A stretch of DNA of 63,311 nucleotides, the filler included, from Pelomyxa schiedti (lineage: Eukaryota > Protista > Evosea), in NCBI GenBank assembly GCA_020536535.1. It is 6 parts of 6 records of this genome, joined end to end, with 100 filler letters (N's around TTAATTAATTAA, not from the genome) between each part and the next. Parts side by side here need not be neighbours in the genome. Positions count along the whole stretch, not along the records: positions 60,131 to 63,311 come from JAHLWZ010001809.1; 5 more parts are not named here. One strand, 5' to 3'. Position 1 is the stretch's first letter. Every line of letters starts with the position of its first letter. Position numbers and translations under genes: made by a program. The notes beneath the pieces were generated by a model. That model was given only the letters and a program-made list of their open reading frames with translations. It was not told the origin of the DNA and did not search any database. This document shows, one piece after another, positions 60,301 through 63,311 of this stretch.

Positions 60301-61590
60301 ATGAAAACTACAACAACGTGGAGCGTCACGAGCAGAGAGTGTCTAGACGTGACACCACTTGGTGGCGGAGTCACCACGCGAGGCCAACTTGGTGCGCTGG
60401 CGGCCGGAGCCACGATCGCCAGGTGCGGCGCCGGGTCGGCGATTTTCCGAGTTATGGGACTCGACCACGCCACCTCGTTCGTGCGCATGCTGTGGGAGGA
60501 AGTAGTGCGTCCCACAATCAGGGTTTTCGCGCTGGGTTTGATGGTCTTGCCCCACTACCCCACGGATGCCCGCCGACTCACGTTGTACTTGTCGTTCTCG
60601 CCACTCCTCATGAGCCTCTCCTCGTCTCCAGGCCGAGTGACCACAACGCCGATGGACTTCAGCAAGGTTTTTGAAGGGCTGCCACCGCCGCGCCCAGGGC
60701 TTCCCGGTTATGGGATACGAGATTTCAACACCAAGTGGGTTGTCTGCATTGAAATGCGCCCACGTTTCCTCGAGACCAACACACCACCAACAACCACCAC
60801 AAACAGCAGCACCAACAGAATAAGTGATGGAATTGCGAGAATGAGTGTTGCACCACTCAAGGGAGGGTTTGGTGGTGGGAGTGTGGGCGGCGATGGTGCA
60901 ACGTGCGATGTGGATCGCGCCGTTGTTGTGGATGTGCCTGTTGTGGCTGGTTGCGTTGCACTCCGGGTCTACATGGACCAGTCTGTTGACAGGGAGGTTG
61001 TTGTTGCTCAGATAACGGACAGTTGCGTTGTGATGGTTGCTGTCGACATGGAGGAGACGTGCAACAGCAAGAAGCTGGCTGTGTTGAGCACGACGAGGTG
61101 CGATTTCCCTTCTGTTGTTGGCTATGGGTTCTACTCTGCTGTTGTGATGAGGAACTGGGACGATCCGTTCTCTCCCAGTTATGGGTCACGCACTTTCCTT
61201 GTGAAGGCCAGCTGGCAACAGAGCAGAAATGAAATTCTGAAGTTCGTGGAGGGGGGAACAAGAGAAGTCATCCAGTATGGGCACGGTGACGATGTGTTTC
61301 GCCTGTCAGATTCCCTGTTCTGTGTTTCCTGCAGCACGAAGAAGCTGGTGGGATCACTCAGAATCTATCACCGTGACAGCATTGCGCATGCTCTGAATCT
61401 CATTTCAGGGAGCAAACGCAAACCCAAATCCAGAAAGCAATTCTACATGGAAATAGAGTCAGGGTTCATTTTCAAGGTGTTTTCCAACCTGATTGAGGTC
61501 ATTGAGCCAACATCAGGGTCTGTTGTGCTCACTATAAATTTCCCTGAGGTCTCACACCTTAGCCTGCACACCCCATTATCAGATTGGTAG
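60301..61590 (+). CDS. Divergent WDCN-family member
   Basis: TRGQLGALAAGATIARCG, FSPLLM, NTKWVV, VDMEETCNSKKLAVLS, RLSDSLFCV, IEVIEPTSGSVV. Confidence 0.72.
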   Translation: MKTTTTWSVTSRECLDVTPLGGGVTTRGQLGALAAGATIARCGAGSAIFRVMGLDHATSFVRMLWEEVVRPTIRVFALGLMVLPHYPTDARRLTLYLSFSPLLMSLSSSPGRVTTTPMDFSKVFEGLPPPRPGLPGYGIRDFNTKWVVCIEMRPRFLETNTPPTTTTNSSTNRISDGIARMSVAPLKGGFGGGSVGGDGATCDVDRAVVVDVPVVAGCVALRVYMDQSVDREVVVAQITDSCVVMVAVDMEETCNSKKLAVLSTTRCDFPSVVGYGFYSAVVMRNWDDPFSPSYGSRTFLVKASWQQSRNEILKFVEGGTREVIQYGHGDDVFRLSDSLFCVSCSTKKLVGSLRIYHRDSIAHALNLISGSKRKPKSRKQFYMEIESGFIFKVFSNLIEVIEPTSGSVVLTINFPEVSHLSLHTPLSDW

Positions 61591-61985
61591 TACTGTACTA
61601 CTTCTTCCAGCCAACAGCATGAAGCCGAGTGACAAAAACTAACCAAAACAAACCAGAACGGAAGTACAGGCTCCTCAGGTCTGAGGGGGCAACTGCTCTG
61701 TCATTAGGCCATTCCAGATTCGGATTAGAACCCGCCAAATCCATTTCGAAGTCATCAAGATCCTTCCAACGAAGGAGAGAAACTCATCACACTCCGGCGG
61801 AGCCGAAACGAATTAACTAAATAAATAAATAAATAAATAAACAAAAGGCGTTGATCATACAACAGCAAAGGGCAGGGCTCCTCTGCCGATCAAGCGCCAG
61901 TCCTTTTCTCTTTCGATTATTATCAATTCGGGTTTTTACTTTGGACTGTTTTGGACTATTTCTTTTTCTGACAGAGCTCTCATTC

Positions 61986-63311
61986 ATGAGTTGTTGTGGG
62001 GGGTGTGGAGCAGGACTGAGGAGGAGGGTTTGGGACGGTGTGTTTTTGGACCACAGGCTGAGGTATTGTCAGTACTTGGCCGTGGCATTCTTGTACAATG
62101 TGAGTGCATGGCAGTGGTGGGTGAGCCTACCGATTCTGGCTGACCAGCTCAGTGCCACTGCTGTATGTGTGCTTTGATGTAATTAATTCGATATGAATAC
62201 ATGTACATGTGGCCATAATATAAATGGAACTTTGACTTTTCGACTTGTTGTTTACAAAAACAGTTGTTTACAAAAACAGTTGTTTACAAAAACAGTTGTT
62301 TACATTCATCTTCTTACAATTTATTACAGTTCGAACTTGGAATTTTAGAGACATGCTCCTGTCTGTCGTATGCCATTGCGTCACCGGCTGTCAGTTCTTT
62401 GGTGCTCAAACTGGCTCCTTCTGTGGTTGTAGTGAGGATCGGTATAGGTTTATTCCTTCTGGCCTGTGTATGTATTTCCTTACTGCTAAAGTAAGTCTAG
62501 TGTCCTTTTGCTTTTTACCAAAAGTTCCCAGGTCAGTCTGGAACCTCTACATTTTTGCCGCCTTGGTGGCGGCTGCAGAAGGTTTTTTCTGGCCTGTAGT
62601 GAACCTCGCGGTTCGTATATTGTCCATTATCCATTTCTTACTCTTACATGCAGGTGGGAGAAGAAGCCCCCGCCGGTCGCATGGAACGGGAAGTGCTGCG
62701 TTTTTGTATTTCCTGGGGCGTGGCTAAAACAGTTGGATTTCTCTTTGGTGGAACACTGGCAGGCCAGGTTGTCCACTTGTTAGTCTACTCTACTTCTTTC
62801 TAACATTTGGCACAGCTGTCTGAGCGCGCACTTATTCCTGTTGCTTGCCTTTTAGCAGTGGTACTTTTTATTTTCCCATGGCGGCCCTGGATTAGACAAA
62901 AGCAGCGAGATAAAACTGGAGAAATGGAAATGTCAATACTTCCACCTGAAACCCCCATGGAGACCCCAGTTCCGGCTCCAGAGGAAGTTATGACTAAGGC
63001 ATCGGAGATCCAGTCTGAAACAGTGGAAACTGGTAATGCTGAACCTGCTCGAGCTCCACCTTTATCTTGGGGACGTTCAATGTATGCCATTTCAGTTTGA
63101 TTTTGTTTTTTTTTAAATTTTCCCCAGCCTGAATGCCATAACCTACCCAGTAGACCCGGGAATCAACATCAATACTGTGTATATCCCACAAACATGGACA
63201 TTCTCCTTCACCACATACGGGGTAATGGGTATGTGGCCCCTTCCACATTTACGATTTGATTTCTCTCAGGTTGCATTCACAACCAATATATCTTACTTAT
63301 CAATGAGAGAC
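61986..63311 (+). CDS. Major facilitator superfamily transporter, 3' end missing
   Basis: VSLPILADQLSATA|..ELGILET, AAAEGFFWP, FCISWGVAKTVGFLFGG; hydrophobic multi-exon structure. Confidence 0.7.
62248..62303. repeat. Intronic 16-bp tandem repeat (ttgtttacaaaaacag) x3.5
   Basis: Directly visible. Confidence 0.85.

Overview
Eukaryotic, gene-dense sequence with many short (about 40-100 nt) GT-AG introns. The gene content (cullin-1, eIF2B-gamma, SAP18, calmodulin, hyccin, LRMDA, an expanded 'DQF..HPRCG..WDCN' family) suggests an amoeboid protist, probably Pelomyxa-like; this is inference. The window is not one locus: five N-TTAATTAATTAA-N linkers join six unrelated contigs (about 1-11711, 11812-35078, 35180-46974, 47075-51236, 51337-60030, 60131-63311). 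The main finding is in an ankyrin-repeat/coiled-coil/Ubl/TKL-kinase gene (3727-10417). What looks like a 2.4-kb, ~100-bp satellite inside it is 24 tandem intron-like units, each ending in AG and followed by one variable triplet and a GTGTGT donor. Five further non-repetitive AG|NNN|GT units and a 6-nt Gly-Asp exon flank the array. These candidate single-codon microexons map exactly to the ankyrin beta-hairpin (x-x-x-G-D-TALH), the ligand-binding loop, suggesting a splicing-based binding-site diversification system. Also present: a TA-flanked long-TIR MITE that cleanly interrupts a gene, a Ty3/Gypsy pol fragment truncating a USP pseudogene, a putative CPLANE1-like gene with RGS- and SAM-like segments, and several transporters.
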